From contig JBGASG010000001.1 of assembly GCA_044229845.1 (NCBI GenBank), positions 160,001 through 224,000 of the forward strand: a DNA stretch of 64,000 nucleotides, read 5' to 3'. This document shows, in pieces, positions 36,728 through 47,114 of the stretch. The translations under genes and the position numbers were made by a program. How positions within the stretch are numbered: the stretch's first letter is position 1; each line of letters starts with the position of its first letter. The notes below the pieces were generated by a model. The model was not told the DNA's origin. It was given only the letters and a program-made list of their open reading frames with translations, and ran no database searches. The DNA is from Candidatus Obscuribacteraceae bacterium. GTDB lineage: Bacteria > Cyanobacteriota > Vampirovibrionia > Obscuribacterales > Obscuribacteraceae.

Positions 36728-37504
36728 ATGACCTCGTCCTTCGACTTTGATGAAACTCTGAGCAGTGCCACACAACCGGCAAAGCCTCAGCACACGATGT
36801 CTTTGCTTCTGGTGCTGTTCGCCAGTGTCATCCTGGCGCAGATACCTTATGTCAACTGGATCTTCGGACCGATCAACACGTTTGTGACCACGGTTCACGA
36901 GATGGGGCACGCGCTGGTCTGTCTTTTGACCGGCGGTACGGTTTCAGGACTGACGATTGTCAGCGATGGACACGGACACGGCGGACTGACGTTCTGCCAC
37001 GGCGGCATGCCGTTCTTTTATTCGCAAGCCGGCTATCTGGGGGCGACGTTTTTCGGTTGTCTGCTGATTGCCTCGGCGCGTTTTCAAAAGCTGTCGCGTG
37101 TCGTGCTCGGACTGATCGGTGTGGCATTAGGTGCCAGCACCCTGCTCTTGATGTCGGGAACCATCTTCCATGAATGGCGCATTCTGGAAGGATTGGGCAG
37201 CATGTTCTGGGGACTTCTCATGTCGGCCGGCTTCATCTGGGCTGCCATCAAAATGAATGCCCGCTGGGCGAACCTGCTCTTGCTGTTTATCGGCGTGCAG
37301 ACGGCGCTCAATGCCGTACAGGGCGTGACTTATCTGATGCAGAGTTCTTTTGGAATGGGTTCGGAAGCCTGGTCTGATGCCACCAACATGGCGCAGATGA
37401 CGGGAGTGCCGGCCTTTGTCTGGGGTTTCTTGTGGGCCGCCATATCGCTGTTGATGGTGGGCGGCACGCTCTGGTTCACCTGGCACGCAGACTCTAAGAA
37501 GTAA
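36728..37504 (+). CDS. M50B-like membrane metallopeptidase
   Basis: HEMGH, AGYLG and SDA motifs; multiple TM helices. Confidence 0.88.
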   Translation: MTSSFDFDETLSSATQPAKPQHTMSLLLVLFASVILAQIPYVNWIFGPINTFVTTVHEMGHALVCLLTGGTVSGLTIVSDGHGHGGLTFCHGGMPFFYSQAGYLGATFFGCLLIASARFQKLSRVVLGLIGVALGASTLLLMSGTIFHEWRILEGLGSMFWGLLMSAGFIWAAIKMNARWANLLLLFIGVQTALNAVQGVTYLMQSSFGMGSEAWSDATNMAQMTGVPAFVWGFLWAAISLLMVGGTLWFTWHADSKK

Positions 37505-37576
37505 CGAAACTGCCGTCGGTGCTATATTTACCTCCCTGTGCCGGTGCTTCTTGGAAGCCCAAGTCGTGGAGGGGAA

Positions 37577-39247
37577 ATGCGAGTCGTCGAATGTGTGCCC
37601 AACTTCAGTGAGGGGCGCGATCCAAAAGTCATAGATGCGATTGCTGAGGCAGTGCGCTCGGTTGAGGGCGTTCGCTTGCTCGATGTCGATCCCGGCAAGA
37701 GCACCAATCGCACGGTCTTTACTTTCGTCGGCGAACCCGATGCCGTGGTGGAAGCGGCCTTTCAATCAATTGCCCGGGCTCAGAGTTTGATCGATATGCG
37801 CACTCACCAGGGCGCTCACCCGCGTATCGGCGCCACTGACGTCTGCCCCTTCGTGCCGGTCGCCGGAGTCACCATGGACGACTGCGTCGAGCTGGCAAAG
37901 CGCCTCGGCAAGCGTGTCGGCGAAGAATTGAAAATTCCGGTTTATCTGTACGCGGAAGCCGCTCAAGTGCCCGAGCGCTCTAATTTAGCCGACGTTCGTC
38001 AGGGCGAATACGAAGGGTTGGAAGCGCGCATGAAAAACGGCTTCCAGCCTGACTTCGGTCCGCGCGAATTCAATGCTGCCAGCGGTGCCACCGTAATTGG
38101 TGCGCGACAATTTCTGATTGCGTACAACGTCGATTTGAATACCAAGTCGACCAAGCTGGCTAACGAAGTGGCGCTCAACATCCGCGAAGCCGGGCGTGCC
38201 AAGCGTGATGAATCCGGCAACATCGTCAAAGACGAGAACGGCGTCACCGTCAAAGTACCCGGTGTATTGAAAGCCTGCAAAGCCGTGGGCTGGTATGTCG
38301 ACGAGTACGACCAGGCGCAGATCTCGATAAACCTGGTCGACTACAAAGCCACCTCCGTGCACCAGGCTTTCGATGAATGCTGCAACCAGGCGGAGACTCT
38401 GGGCATGCGTGTCACCGGCAGCGAGATTGTAGGTCTGGTGCCGCTCGAGCCCATGTTGATGGCCGGCGAGCATTATTTGCGCAAACAGGGACGCTGCGTC
38501 GGGGTCAGCGAGAAAGAACTGGTCAACGCTGCCGTGCTGTCCCTGGGACTTTCGGATGTGCAGCCGTTCGATCCAAAGAAGAAGATCATCGAGTACACAA
38601 TTGCAGACGAAGGCAAGCTGCTGCGCGACTTGAGCGTCAAAGATTTCGTCGATGAACTGGCCTCAGACAGTCCGGCTCCCGGCGGCGGCAGTGTGGCCGC
38701 CCTCTGTGGCAGCCTGTCGGCGGCACTCTCAGCGATGGTCGCCAATCTGACGCACGGCAAGAAGGGATTCGAAGACCGCAACGCCGAGATGGATGACCTG
38801 TCGGCGGCGGCGCAAAAGCTCAAGGCTAGTTTCGTCACGGCCATCGACGAAGATACAAAGGCTTTCAATAAAATCGGCGAGGCCCGCAAGCTACCCAAAG
38901 ACACCGATGAAGCGAAGAAAGCCCGCGATGCGGCGATTGAGAAGGCCAACCAGCAGGCGACCATGGTGCCCCTGGCTGTGCTGCGGGCCGCACTGGATGC
39001 GGTCGACCTGGCGACGCTGGTTGCCGAGCGCGGCAATCCCAACTGTCTGAGTGATGCCGGTGTGGCTGGATTGACAGCCAGGGCCGGCGGCGAGGGCGCT
39101 TATTACAACGTTCTCATCAACTTGCCCGGTCTCACGGAGCAAAAGTTTGCCGCCGAAGTCCGCAAGACAGCCGACTCCGTTGTCAGTGACCTTCGTGATA
39201 AAACTGATGCGCTTCATGAAAATATCCTGTCCAGGCTGTCAAAATGA
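37577..39247 (+). CDS. ftcd: Glutamate formimidoyltransferase / formimidoyltetrahydrofolate cyclodeaminase (bifunctional)
   Basis: VECVPNFSEGR, HPRIGATDVCPFVP and SPAPGGGSVAA; GGAGG SD. Confidence 0.95.
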   Translation: MRVVECVPNFSEGRDPKVIDAIAEAVRSVEGVRLLDVDPGKSTNRTVFTFVGEPDAVVEAAFQSIARAQSLIDMRTHQGAHPRIGATDVCPFVPVAGVTMDDCVELAKRLGKRVGEELKIPVYLYAEAAQVPERSNLADVRQGEYEGLEARMKNGFQPDFGPREFNAASGATVIGARQFLIAYNVDLNTKSTKLANEVALNIREAGRAKRDESGNIVKDENGVTVKVPGVLKACKAVGWYVDEYDQAQISINLVDYKATSVHQAFDECCNQAETLGMRVTGSEIVGLVPLEPMLMAGEHYLRKQGRCVGVSEKELVNAAVLSLGLSDVQPFDPKKKIIEYTIADEGKLLRDLSVKDFVDELASDSPAPGGGSVAALCGSLSAALSAMVANLTHGKKGFEDRNAEMDDLSAAAQKLKASFVTAIDEDTKAFNKIGEARKLPKDTDEAKKARDAAIEKANQQATMVPLAVLRAALDAVDLATLVAERGNPNCLSDAGVAGLTARAGGEGAYYNVLINLPGLTEQKFAAEVRKTADSVVSDLRDKTDALHENILSRLSK

Positions 39248-39299
39248 GCGTTTTACGTCGTACCATGTGCTTTCTGAGAGAGACTAATCAAAAGGCGCC

Positions 39300-40592
39300 A
39301 TGAGCAAAGCAGCAGAACCCCGCAAAGAAGAGAAGGTCTTGAGAAACGAGTGGGAAACGGGTGAATTCTCCCGTGTCCAGAGCCGCCTCGATGAAGCGGC
39401 GCGGATTCTCAAAATGGATGAGAATCAAATTGCACCTATGCGGCATCCAAAGCGAGCGTTGTCGGTGGTAGTGCCGGCCCGCATGGATGACGGCACCGTG
39501 CAGACATTCGCCGGCTATCGGGTGCACCACGACATAGCGCTTGGTCCGGCCAAGGGCGGCATCAGCTTCAGCCCAACGCTCAATCTGGGATCGGTGGCAT
39601 CGATTGCCATGCTCATGTCCTGGAAGTGCGCCCTGCTCAATTTGCCTTTCGGCGGCGCTCACGGCGGTATCTGCCTGGATGCCACCAAGCTCAGCATGGG
39701 CGAACAGGAGCGCATCACGCGCCGCTACACCTCCGAAATTATCAGTTTGATCGGTCCGGATCAGGATATTCCGGGACCTGACCTCAACACCAGCGAACGC
39801 ACCATGGCCTGGATTATGGACACGTACAGTGTCAATATCGGGCACACGGTACCATCCGTGGTGACCGGCAAGCCGCGGTCCATCGGCGGTTCCCTGGGGC
39901 TGACCGAAGCCACCGGATATGGTGTGGCTCTGTGCGCCAAGCGAGCCGCGGCGCGGTTTAACCTGGGAACCGATGCTACTGTGGTCATCCAGGGTCTCGG
40001 ACAGGTCGGTTCGTCGCTGGCTCGTAGCTTGCAAGATGCCGGCTTCAACGTGATTGCCGTCTCCGGACATCAGGGTGGTGTCTACAATCCGAAAGGACTG
40101 GACCTGAAGTCCCTGCAAACACACATAGAAGAACATGGCACGATGACTGGCTTCCGCCATGCCGATGCCGTCAGCAACGAAGAATTGCTGGCTCTCAAGT
40201 GCGACATCCTGGCTCCGTGCGCGGTGCCGAACGTCATCTCCAAGCGCAACGCCGACTCTATCCAGTGCAAAGTTCTGGTTGAGGGTGCCAATGCGCCGAC
40301 GACCCCGCAGGCCGACAAGATTCTAGAAAGCAAAGGCATCATCGTGGTGCCGGACATTCTCGCCAATGCATCCGGTGTCACCGCCGGCTACTTCGAATGG
40401 GTGCAAGGCTTGATGCGGTTGATCTGGACGGAAGATGAAGTCTATCGCAAGCTCGATCAGCAAGTCGGACGCGTCTCAGACTCCGTTTTCGCCCGCGCCG
40501 ATCAGATGAAGATCTCGCTGCGTCTGGCCGCCATCACCCTGGCTGTGGAGCGCATCTGGGAAGCGCGAAACCTGCGCGGTCTGTATCCATAA
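39300..40592 (+). CDS. Glu/Leu/Phe/Val dehydrogenase homolog with a substituted active site
   Basis: GYRVHH, KGG, M.WKCA, PD, VTGKP, IQG.GQVG, EGAN and PDILAN; but GGAHGG replaces GG(A/G)KGG. Confidence 0.9.
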   Translation: MSKAAEPRKEEKVLRNEWETGEFSRVQSRLDEAARILKMDENQIAPMRHPKRALSVVVPARMDDGTVQTFAGYRVHHDIALGPAKGGISFSPTLNLGSVASIAMLMSWKCALLNLPFGGAHGGICLDATKLSMGEQERITRRYTSEIISLIGPDQDIPGPDLNTSERTMAWIMDTYSVNIGHTVPSVVTGKPRSIGGSLGLTEATGYGVALCAKRAAARFNLGTDATVVIQGLGQVGSSLARSLQDAGFNVIAVSGHQGGVYNPKGLDLKSLQTHIEEHGTMTGFRHADAVSNEELLALKCDILAPCAVPNVISKRNADSIQCKVLVEGANAPTTPQADKILESKGIIVVPDILANASGVTAGYFEWVQGLMRLIWTEDEVYRKLDQQVGRVSDSVFARADQMKISLRLAAITLAVERIWEARNLRGLYP

Positions 40593-42782
40593 CTAACGAC
40601 CAACCAGGCGTTCGCCGCTGAAGTAGCGCTCGACTTGAGCTTTGACCGCGGCTGCCTTTTCGGGTTGGCCGGTATTTTCGAGACTTTGGGACAGTACCCA
40701 ATTACATTCTTCGATGATATAGCGATTGTCGGGACCGGAAAGAAGTCGCGGTAGCACCGGCTCGCCGATTTCGATAGCTGCCTGGAAGTGTCCCTGCGCC
40801 CTTTCCAGATACATTTTGGCGACGGACACCCAGTCTTTGGCCGTCTCTGTTCCTGAACCTATTTCGGTGGCGCCGGTACTGTTTGTGGTGGCGGCTAGTT
40901 TCTCCATTTCTTTGAGGTAAATCTTTGCTTTGTCCATCATGCCTGTGTCAATCAGATGTTTGATGACGAACTCCAGATAGACCACTTTCTCGTAAGGGCT
41001 CTTCGCTACCGAAAGGGCTCTACGCAAAAACGCATCGATCTCGCTCTTGCGTTTCTGCGTAGTAAGGCTGGACAGACCGATCGTGAAAGCTACGGCGGGA
41101 CGACCTTCAAAGGTTAGCTGAGTTTGGTCCATCGCGGCGATGATCTCGTCGGCATCTTTATACAGACCGGCGCTCAACTTGTATTCCGCCACCTGTTTGC
41201 CCAAGCCTGAGCGGGCTAATACTTCGAAGTTATGGGTGCCGTCCGGATGGCGCGGATACTCTGCACAAAGCTCACGGCAAAGGCTCTCTGCCTCGTTTAT
41301 CTTGTGCATTTGCACTTTGATGTGAATCAGCTGCATGTACTCATCAATGCGCAAACTTTTGTTGGGATTTTTTCGCTTGCGTATGATGTTCACCATTTCT
41401 TCGGCGATCTTTTCAGCTTCTGAATATTGTTGGAGCTGAAAGGCGGTTCGTGCTGCTTGATTCATCACCACATCGCGTTCGCTCTCGGGAAACTCCGGCA
41501 TCTCCAGGGCTTCTCTGGCGACCTTCAAGCTTTCTTCGTTTTGTCCTTCAAAAGAAAGAACCCACGCCAACATGGTCTTTGCTCTGGCCAGAGTCGATCG
41601 GTCTGAGCCGGCTTGCGCAATGGCGACCAGTTTGCGCACTTCGGCGAGTGGAGGCAATTGCCTTCTTTTGTGCCACTGCACATCGAGATCCCGCAGGCGC
41701 TCTTCGACAATTTGCGTGTCTGACTCGACCGCTGGAGATTGCTTCGGCGCAGCGGGTGGTCGCAAATAGAACCAGGCGGCGCCGGCGATCAGAACCAGTG
41801 CACCGGCTAGTGCCGCCGTCACCAGAGCGTTCTGGCGTGCCCAGTTAATTGCGCCCGCGGACCCTGGTAGCGTATGCGGTGCCGCAACATCTAGATGTGG
41901 ATCGGTGACAAAATCCTGCAGCGTCTCGCGCAACAGATTGAATGACTCATAGCGTTTTTGCGGTTCTTTGGCGAGAGCCGTGAGCGTAATGGACTCTACT
42001 GATCTGGGCAGCCCGCGCTCGGCGGCAAAGGGTTTCGGCTGCTCCGAAATTTGCTTAAACAGCGATGCCACTGGCGTATCGGATAGAAACGGCGGGCGAC
42101 CTGTAAATACCGCATACATCAAACAACCGAACGAATAGATGTCGGACCTGGCATCAAGCGGACGCCCCTGGCACTGCTCCGGACTCATATAGTTGGGATC
42201 GCCGATGACCTCTCCTGTCTGAGTCAGGACTTGACCGGCGCGATCGCCGGTCAGGCGAGCCAAGCCGAAGTCGACAATTTTGGCTGTCATGGCGCCGGTT
42301 GTTTTGTCGGTGACGATGATCACATTGGCCGGTTTCAGATCGCGATGCAGCACGTTGTTGTCGTGGGCATACTGCATGCCTTTGCAGATCTGCTCGAGAA
42401 TCGGCAAGGCGTCTTTGGAGTTAAAAGGACCGTGTTCGGCCAGTATTTCAGCCAGCGAGCGCCCGTCCACGAATTCAGTGGACATGTAAAAAATGCCATC
42501 ACTGGTGGAGCCGAAAGCGTAAACTTCGAGGATGTTGTCGTGGCGCAAAGTCGAGATGATGCGCGCTTCTCTCTGGAAGCGATTGAGAGCATCGGAGTCG
42601 ATTGCCAGGTTCGGGTGTAGCACTTTGAGGGCCACGATCTTATCGGTGCCGATGTGGTGCGCCTGATAAACTGAACCGAAGCCGCCTGTACCCAGCAGTT
42701 TCAAAATCTCGTACTTGCCGTCCAGAAGCGCGCCACACTTCAGTGGCGACTTGTAGCTGCTGACTGGCTCGGTAAAATCCAC
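40593..42782 (-). CDS. Hanks-type Ser/Thr protein kinase with a TM helix and TPR-like C-terminal domain
   Basis: LGTGGFGSV, VALK, HRDLKPAN, DFG, YMSPEQ and DIYSFG. Confidence 0.95.
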   Translation of the reverse strand: MDFTEPVSSYKSPLKCGALLDGKYEILKLLGTGGFGSVYQAHHIGTDKIVALKVLHPNLAIDSDALNRFQREARIISTLRHDNILEVYAFGSTSDGIFYMSTEFVDGRSLAEILAEHGPFNSKDALPILEQICKGMQYAHDNNVLHRDLKPANVIIVTDKTTGAMTAKIVDFGLARLTGDRAGQVLTQTGEVIGDPNYMSPEQCQGRPLDARSDIYSFGCLMYAVFTGRPPFLSDTPVASLFKQISEQPKPFAAERGLPRSVESITLTALAKEPQKRYESFNLLRETLQDFVTDPHLDVAAPHTLPGSAGAINWARQNALVTAALAGALVLIAGAAWFYLRPPAAPKQSPAVESDTQIVEERLRDLDVQWHKRRQLPPLAEVRKLVAIAQAGSDRSTLARAKTMLAWVLSFEGQNEESLKVAREALEMPEFPESERDVVMNQAARTAFQLQQYSEAEKIAEEMVNIIRKRKNPNKSLRIDEYMQLIHIKVQMHKINEAESLCRELCAEYPRHPDGTHNFEVLARSGLGKQVAEYKLSAGLYKDADEIIAAMDQTQLTFEGRPAVAFTIGLSSLTTQKRKSEIDAFLRRALSVAKSPYEKVVYLEFVIKHLIDTGMMDKAKIYLKEMEKLAATTNSTGATEIGSGTETAKDWVSVAKMYLERAQGHFQAAIEIGEPVLPRLLSGPDNRYIIEECNWVLSQSLENTGQPEKAAAVKAQVERYFSGERLVGR

Positions 42783-42823
42783 GGGACTCTCGAGAAGCGT
42801 ACTTCTCTTATGTACCCGCGAGT

Positions 42824-44524
42824 TTACTCGCGCTTATTGTGCTGCGAGTTGCCGCCCCAGGCGGTCCAGCCGTCTGCATCCGGATCGCCGGTTTCCAGGC
42901 ACATCACTTTGCCGTTGGCGGTGCCGACGTACATCTTGCCGTTGGCAAGCGCCGGCTGGAATGTGATCGGATTTTGGACGTCATACATGAAATTGACTTT
43001 GCCGTCGTCTTGTTGCATGGATACAAGATGTCCGGCTGCACTGCAGAGAAACATGTTGCGCTTGCCCAGTGCCGGCGGTGCGAAGGCTTGCGATTGCGCA
43101 TCGAGTTTGCGGCTGGTGGCATTGGCGCTCCATTTAGACTGACGAGCGCGGTCGAGACTTTTGATGTTCATGCCTTGCGCCTGCACGAAACCGGCTTTGT
43201 TGGCGGCCGGGCGAGCACCCTGGTAGGCCCAGGCTTGCGCGACGGTGTTGACGCCGACGTTTTTGTAAGCCTGTCCCATGCTGGCTGCGCCCGGGGCCCC
43301 TCCACCGAAGCCCACGGACGCGTCCAACTGGGCCGCCTTTTGACCCAGGATCTGGGTGGATTTGGCGGACTTGTAGTAGCCCACCTTGCGCGGTGCACTC
43401 CAGCCTTGTGGGCCGATGGTACCGTTGGTGGCGCCTTGCAATGCTAGTGCTTCTACGTCTTCCGTTTTGGCATCGTAGTTCTTGAGCAAGTTGCCCATCG
43501 ATGCCGCCAGCGCCGGAGGCGGCGGAGCCATGCCGGAGTGCGCTTTGGCAGTGGTCAGAACGCCTTCGTTGCCCAGCGAAAGCGGAGCGCTGGTTGCCTG
43601 ATCGAATTTCTTCCACTCGATTTTGCCGGTGTCGGCGTTGAGGCAGAAGGATGTGCCGTCAAAACAGTTGAACAGTAGTTTTTTCCCGTCGATGACTGGA
43701 GCTGTCTGCACATCGCCGGTGATGTCCTGGGTCCAGAGGTGCTGCCCGGTTTTCAGGTCGGCGCAGAGCATGACGTGCCGGCCGCCTTTGGCTTGCGACA
43801 TACCGGCGGCGACTTGCACGGACTTGCCGCCGGTGCTGGGCGGTTTGCTGTATGAAAGTTGGCTGAAGGTATTGCTGGCATTCGGTGCCGTTTGCACACG
43901 CGCGACAGCCTTGGGTGAATTGCCGGACTGGACGTTTTGTACCGGTTTGCCCGCGCAAGGGTAGGCGATGTAGAGTTTGCCGTTGGCCACCGCCGGTTGA
44001 CTCATGAGCGGGTCGCCCAGCCATTCTTGCCAGACCATCTTGCCGGTCGCGGCTTCGACGACCATCACGGTGCAGCTTTCAGTATTGAATGCCACCAGTC
44101 CCTGTTCGGCAACGGCGCCGGTCGGTCCGTCATCGCCTGTTTTGATCTGCCAGACGAGCTTTCCTGTTTCGGCATCAAAGCAATAGAACTCATAGGATCC
44201 GTATCCGCCGCCTACATATAGCTTGCCTTCGTAGTAAGTAGGGGTGGCAATCGGGCGGTCGCCCGGTATATCAATGATCCAGCCTTTCTTCAGGTCTTTG
44301 GTTTTGAACGGTGCCGGGGTCAGGGGTTTGGCTGGTTTTGGCAGGTTTACATCGACGGCTTTGTCTAAGTCGAGTTTGACTGTCTTCTGGGTGGGAGTGA
44401 CGACAGTGCCAGGTGCAACGGGCATGATTGCCGGGCCGGCAGCCAGGTTGGGATTAATAGAGACTCCCAGGGCAACCAACAAACTGGTTGCAGAGGCGCC
44501 AAGAACCAAGTGACGAGCACGCAT
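42824..44524 (-). CDS. Secreted PQQ-like (BamB-type) beta-propeller repeat protein
   Basis: Signal peptide; repeats such as DAETGKLVW, EAATGKMVW, DLKTGQHLW and NADTGKIEW. Confidence 0.85.
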   Translation of the reverse strand: MRARHLVLGASATSLLVALGVSINPNLAAGPAIMPVAPGTVVTPTQKTVKLDLDKAVDVNLPKPAKPLTPAPFKTKDLKKGWIIDIPGDRPIATPTYYEGKLYVGGGYGSYEFYCFDAETGKLVWQIKTGDDGPTGAVAEQGLVAFNTESCTVMVVEAATGKMVWQEWLGDPLMSQPAVANGKLYIAYPCAGKPVQNVQSGNSPKAVARVQTAPNASNTFSQLSYSKPPSTGGKSVQVAAGMSQAKGGRHVMLCADLKTGQHLWTQDITGDVQTAPVIDGKKLLFNCFDGTSFCLNADTGKIEWKKFDQATSAPLSLGNEGVLTTAKAHSGMAPPPPALAASMGNLLKNYDAKTEDVEALALQGATNGTIGPQGWSAPRKVGYYKSAKSTQILGQKAAQLDASVGFGGGAPGAASMGQAYKNVGVNTVAQAWAYQGARPAANKAGFVQAQGMNIKSLDRARQSKWSANATSRKLDAQSQAFAPPALGKRNMFLCSAAGHLVSMQQDDGKVNFMYDVQNPITFQPALANGKMYVGTANGKVMCLETGDPDADGWTAWGGNSQHNKRE

Positions 44525-44807
44525 GAGCCGTCAACCTCCGGTCGAAATTGTGGTAACAGCGTCATCGTACGGCCGCGGTTGGGGGCTTCGCACCGCCCTT
44601 AGGCCGTTCAGGCATCTGGGGTTTTCCCTGTGGTGCGGTTCTAATCAAGAAGATTAGCGCGGATGCGGGCAATGGTCGGTGGTACCGCATGTGGTGCCAG
44701 GTGCGCTGCTGATCTGTCGACGATTAACTGTGTAATTCGACAGTTTCAACGCCTGGCGAAAGTGTTAGATTCGCGGCAGGGATATCAGAGGCGAGGTAGA
44801 CACCTTT

Positions 44808-46076
44808 ATGTATCGTGGCGATTCCCCAATTTCCACCTGCGATCCGGACGGCACAGGTTGCCGTGAAGCCCTGCTGAACGACGCCGACGGACCGGTCGTG
44901 CGGACAGCCGGCAACGATAAGCAATCCGGCGACGGTAAAGACCAGGACATGGGTGATGAGTCCATGGACCGGGGCGTGACCATGGATGCCGACGCTTTAA
45001 TAGATCAACTCGGGTCCGCCTCATTCACTGTGCGTCTGGATGCCAGCAAGCAGCTGTCCGACATGGGCGCCGACGTACTGCCGGCCCTCGACAAGGCGTT
45101 GACTTCGGAGAACCTGAGAGTTCGCACTCTCGCTCGCCAGCTGATCAATGACCGATTGGGACACTTCAGCAGTGGAGACTCTGCCGATGAACATTTCTCG
45201 GTAGCTGAGTGGCGCAAGAAAATAGAAAGCATGGATTGCACGCAGGAATCGGCCAACGATGTGCCCGGCATAAGACACCTGGGTGAGACTGTCAAACGCT
45301 TCGCCGCCCTCACTCCTGAGCAGAGGCAATCGCAAATCGGTGAACTGACCCAGTTGGGTGAGATGGTAGCCAAAGGAAATTTTGGAAAGGATCTGTCGCG
45401 AGATGAGAGGAGTCATCTGCGGCAAAGCATCACTACTCAGATTGAGGGACTGCGTGAAGGAAACAAGCTGCTGGATCGAATTCCACTGGTAGACTATCGC
45501 AATTCGGAGGTCACCGATCAGGAGCTGGTCGGTGTCAGCAAGCTGCATGGACTCAAAGACTTGCGCCTTTCTCACTGCGCCAGCTTGACCAATGATGGCT
45601 TGGCAGAGATATCCAGCATGACGCAGCTAACCAATCTGGCGTTGCGCACTATGAAAATAGATGATGGCGCAATGGTGCATCTAAAAGGGTTGACCAATCT
45701 GGAGAGTCTTCACCTGGGCATGACCAAGGTTGGCGATGAAGGCATGAAGCAACTCAAAGATTTGACGCACCTGAAGATGCTCGATCTTGTTTCCACCGAA
45801 GTCAGTGGTGCCGGACTAGCCAGCATAGCAAAGGCCAAAGATCTGGAAGTTCTCGATCTGGATCATTGCCACAACATTGACGATGAGTCGATTGCCAACA
45901 TCGAGAAGTTCGCTAACTTGAAGGAATTGCGCATCAGAGAAACCTGCATCACGGCGGAAGGACTGGAAAAACTAAAAGCAGCGTTGCCCAATTGCAAGAT
46001 ACTCTGGGAAGAGTCGAAAGGTAATTTCGAAAGTCCCGCGCCTCTGTTTCAGATCATGCCGGTCATGGGTGGCTGA
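44808..46076 (+). CDS. Leucine-rich repeat protein with a HEAT-like N-terminal hairpin
   Basis: About seven 24-25 aa LRRs (L..L..L.L....VTD.G) and an LKAALPNCKI cap. Start uncertain. Confidence 0.85.
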   Translation: MYRGDSPISTCDPDGTGCREALLNDADGPVVRTAGNDKQSGDGKDQDMGDESMDRGVTMDADALIDQLGSASFTVRLDASKQLSDMGADVLPALDKALTSENLRVRTLARQLINDRLGHFSSGDSADEHFSVAEWRKKIESMDCTQESANDVPGIRHLGETVKRFAALTPEQRQSQIGELTQLGEMVAKGNFGKDLSRDERSHLRQSITTQIEGLREGNKLLDRIPLVDYRNSEVTDQELVGVSKLHGLKDLRLSHCASLTNDGLAEISSMTQLTNLALRTMKIDDGAMVHLKGLTNLESLHLGMTKVGDEGMKQLKDLTHLKMLDLVSTEVSGAGLASIAKAKDLEVLDLDHCHNIDDESIANIEKFANLKELRIRETCITAEGLEKLKAALPNCKILWEESKGNFESPAPLFQIMPVMGG

Positions 46077-46077
46077 C

Positions 46078-47022
46078 TTAGCGTGAAGAGGCGAACGAGC
46101 CTTGCAGCTTGAGAGCGTCATGTACAGCCAACTTCGACACGTGCTGTTCGATGTCTTTCTCTTGCAGAATGCCATGCTCTGTGACCAGACCGGCTATCCA
46201 TGAGAAGGGAATCAGTTCAAACTGATTGTTGAGTACTCGCACTCCAGTTGGTGCGTCCGACCATACTTCTTCGCCCGGACGCGAGAAATCTTCGAACTCG
46301 AAAAGCCGTTCGTCGGTCACGAACTTCTCGGTGCCTGCCAGCGCATACAGCGGAATGTTCAGCTCACGGCAGGCGAGCGCCAGAAGCCAGGATCCGACTT
46401 TGTTGACTATCCCGGGATTGGCAACGGCATCGCAGCCCATGAAAGCGGCGCGGCACTGAGGCAATATCAGTCCCATCGCCGAATCGAACGTGTGAATCAC
46501 TTCTACGCCGGACTGGGCCAGCACAGCGGCCAGTTTGCGTCCTTCCAGACTGGGTCTCGATTCCGAGCAGACGACCCGGAAGAAACGCCGCTGCGCGCGC
46601 GCGTTCATCAAGCTGGTGACCACCGTGCTGCTGAATGAATATGCGAAAACCAGCTCTCCTGGAGGTATCAACTCGATTGTCTGGTCGGCGATTTTTGCCG
46701 CACTCTCGCAAAGCCGTTTCTCAAACTTTTCCAGCGCTTCGTCGCACTGCATCTTTAGTTGCTCGACTGTTTTGGCGCTTTCGACCGAAAGCAGGACATC
46801 ATTGCCCAGGTGGAACAGGGGCGCCATGGCCGGTTGCGCTTTGATTACGGCTTTGGCGGTTTCTGCCAGGTCCTCGCGAATTTTATTGACATCTTCCGTG
46901 CCGGCCTCGGCAATTACAGTGCGGAAGATGTTGATTGCTTGCAAAGCGATTTCGGCGGCTCCGGACATGAGGTCGTCGCGGATAGGCTGAACCAACGCTT
47001 CCAGCTCTTTCGGGGTTTTCAT
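46078..47022 (-). CDS. IF-2B family protein (eIF2B/aIF2B, ribose-1,5-bisphosphate isomerase-like)
   Basis: ESRPSLEG, MGCDAV, NKVGS, KF, and N..FE..P...I..LVTEHG. Confidence 0.88.
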   Translation of the reverse strand: MKTPKELEALVQPIRDDLMSGAAEIALQAINIFRTVIAEAGTEDVNKIREDLAETAKAVIKAQPAMAPLFHLGNDVLLSVESAKTVEQLKMQCDEALEKFEKRLCESAAKIADQTIELIPPGELVFAYSFSSTVVTSLMNARAQRRFFRVVCSESRPSLEGRKLAAVLAQSGVEVIHTFDSAMGLILPQCRAAFMGCDAVANPGIVNKVGSWLLALACRELNIPLYALAGTEKFVTDERLFEFEDFSRPGEEVWSDAPTGVRVLNNQFELIPFSWIAGLVTEHGILQEKDIEQHVSKLAVHDALKLQGSFASSR

Positions 47023-47114
47023 GAAGTACCTGTCTGTGGCCGGGATGTCGCGCCTAAATATATTCGATCGGACCGCCGCCGGCCTATCAGAGTCTCTTGC
47101 TCCGTATATTCCTG

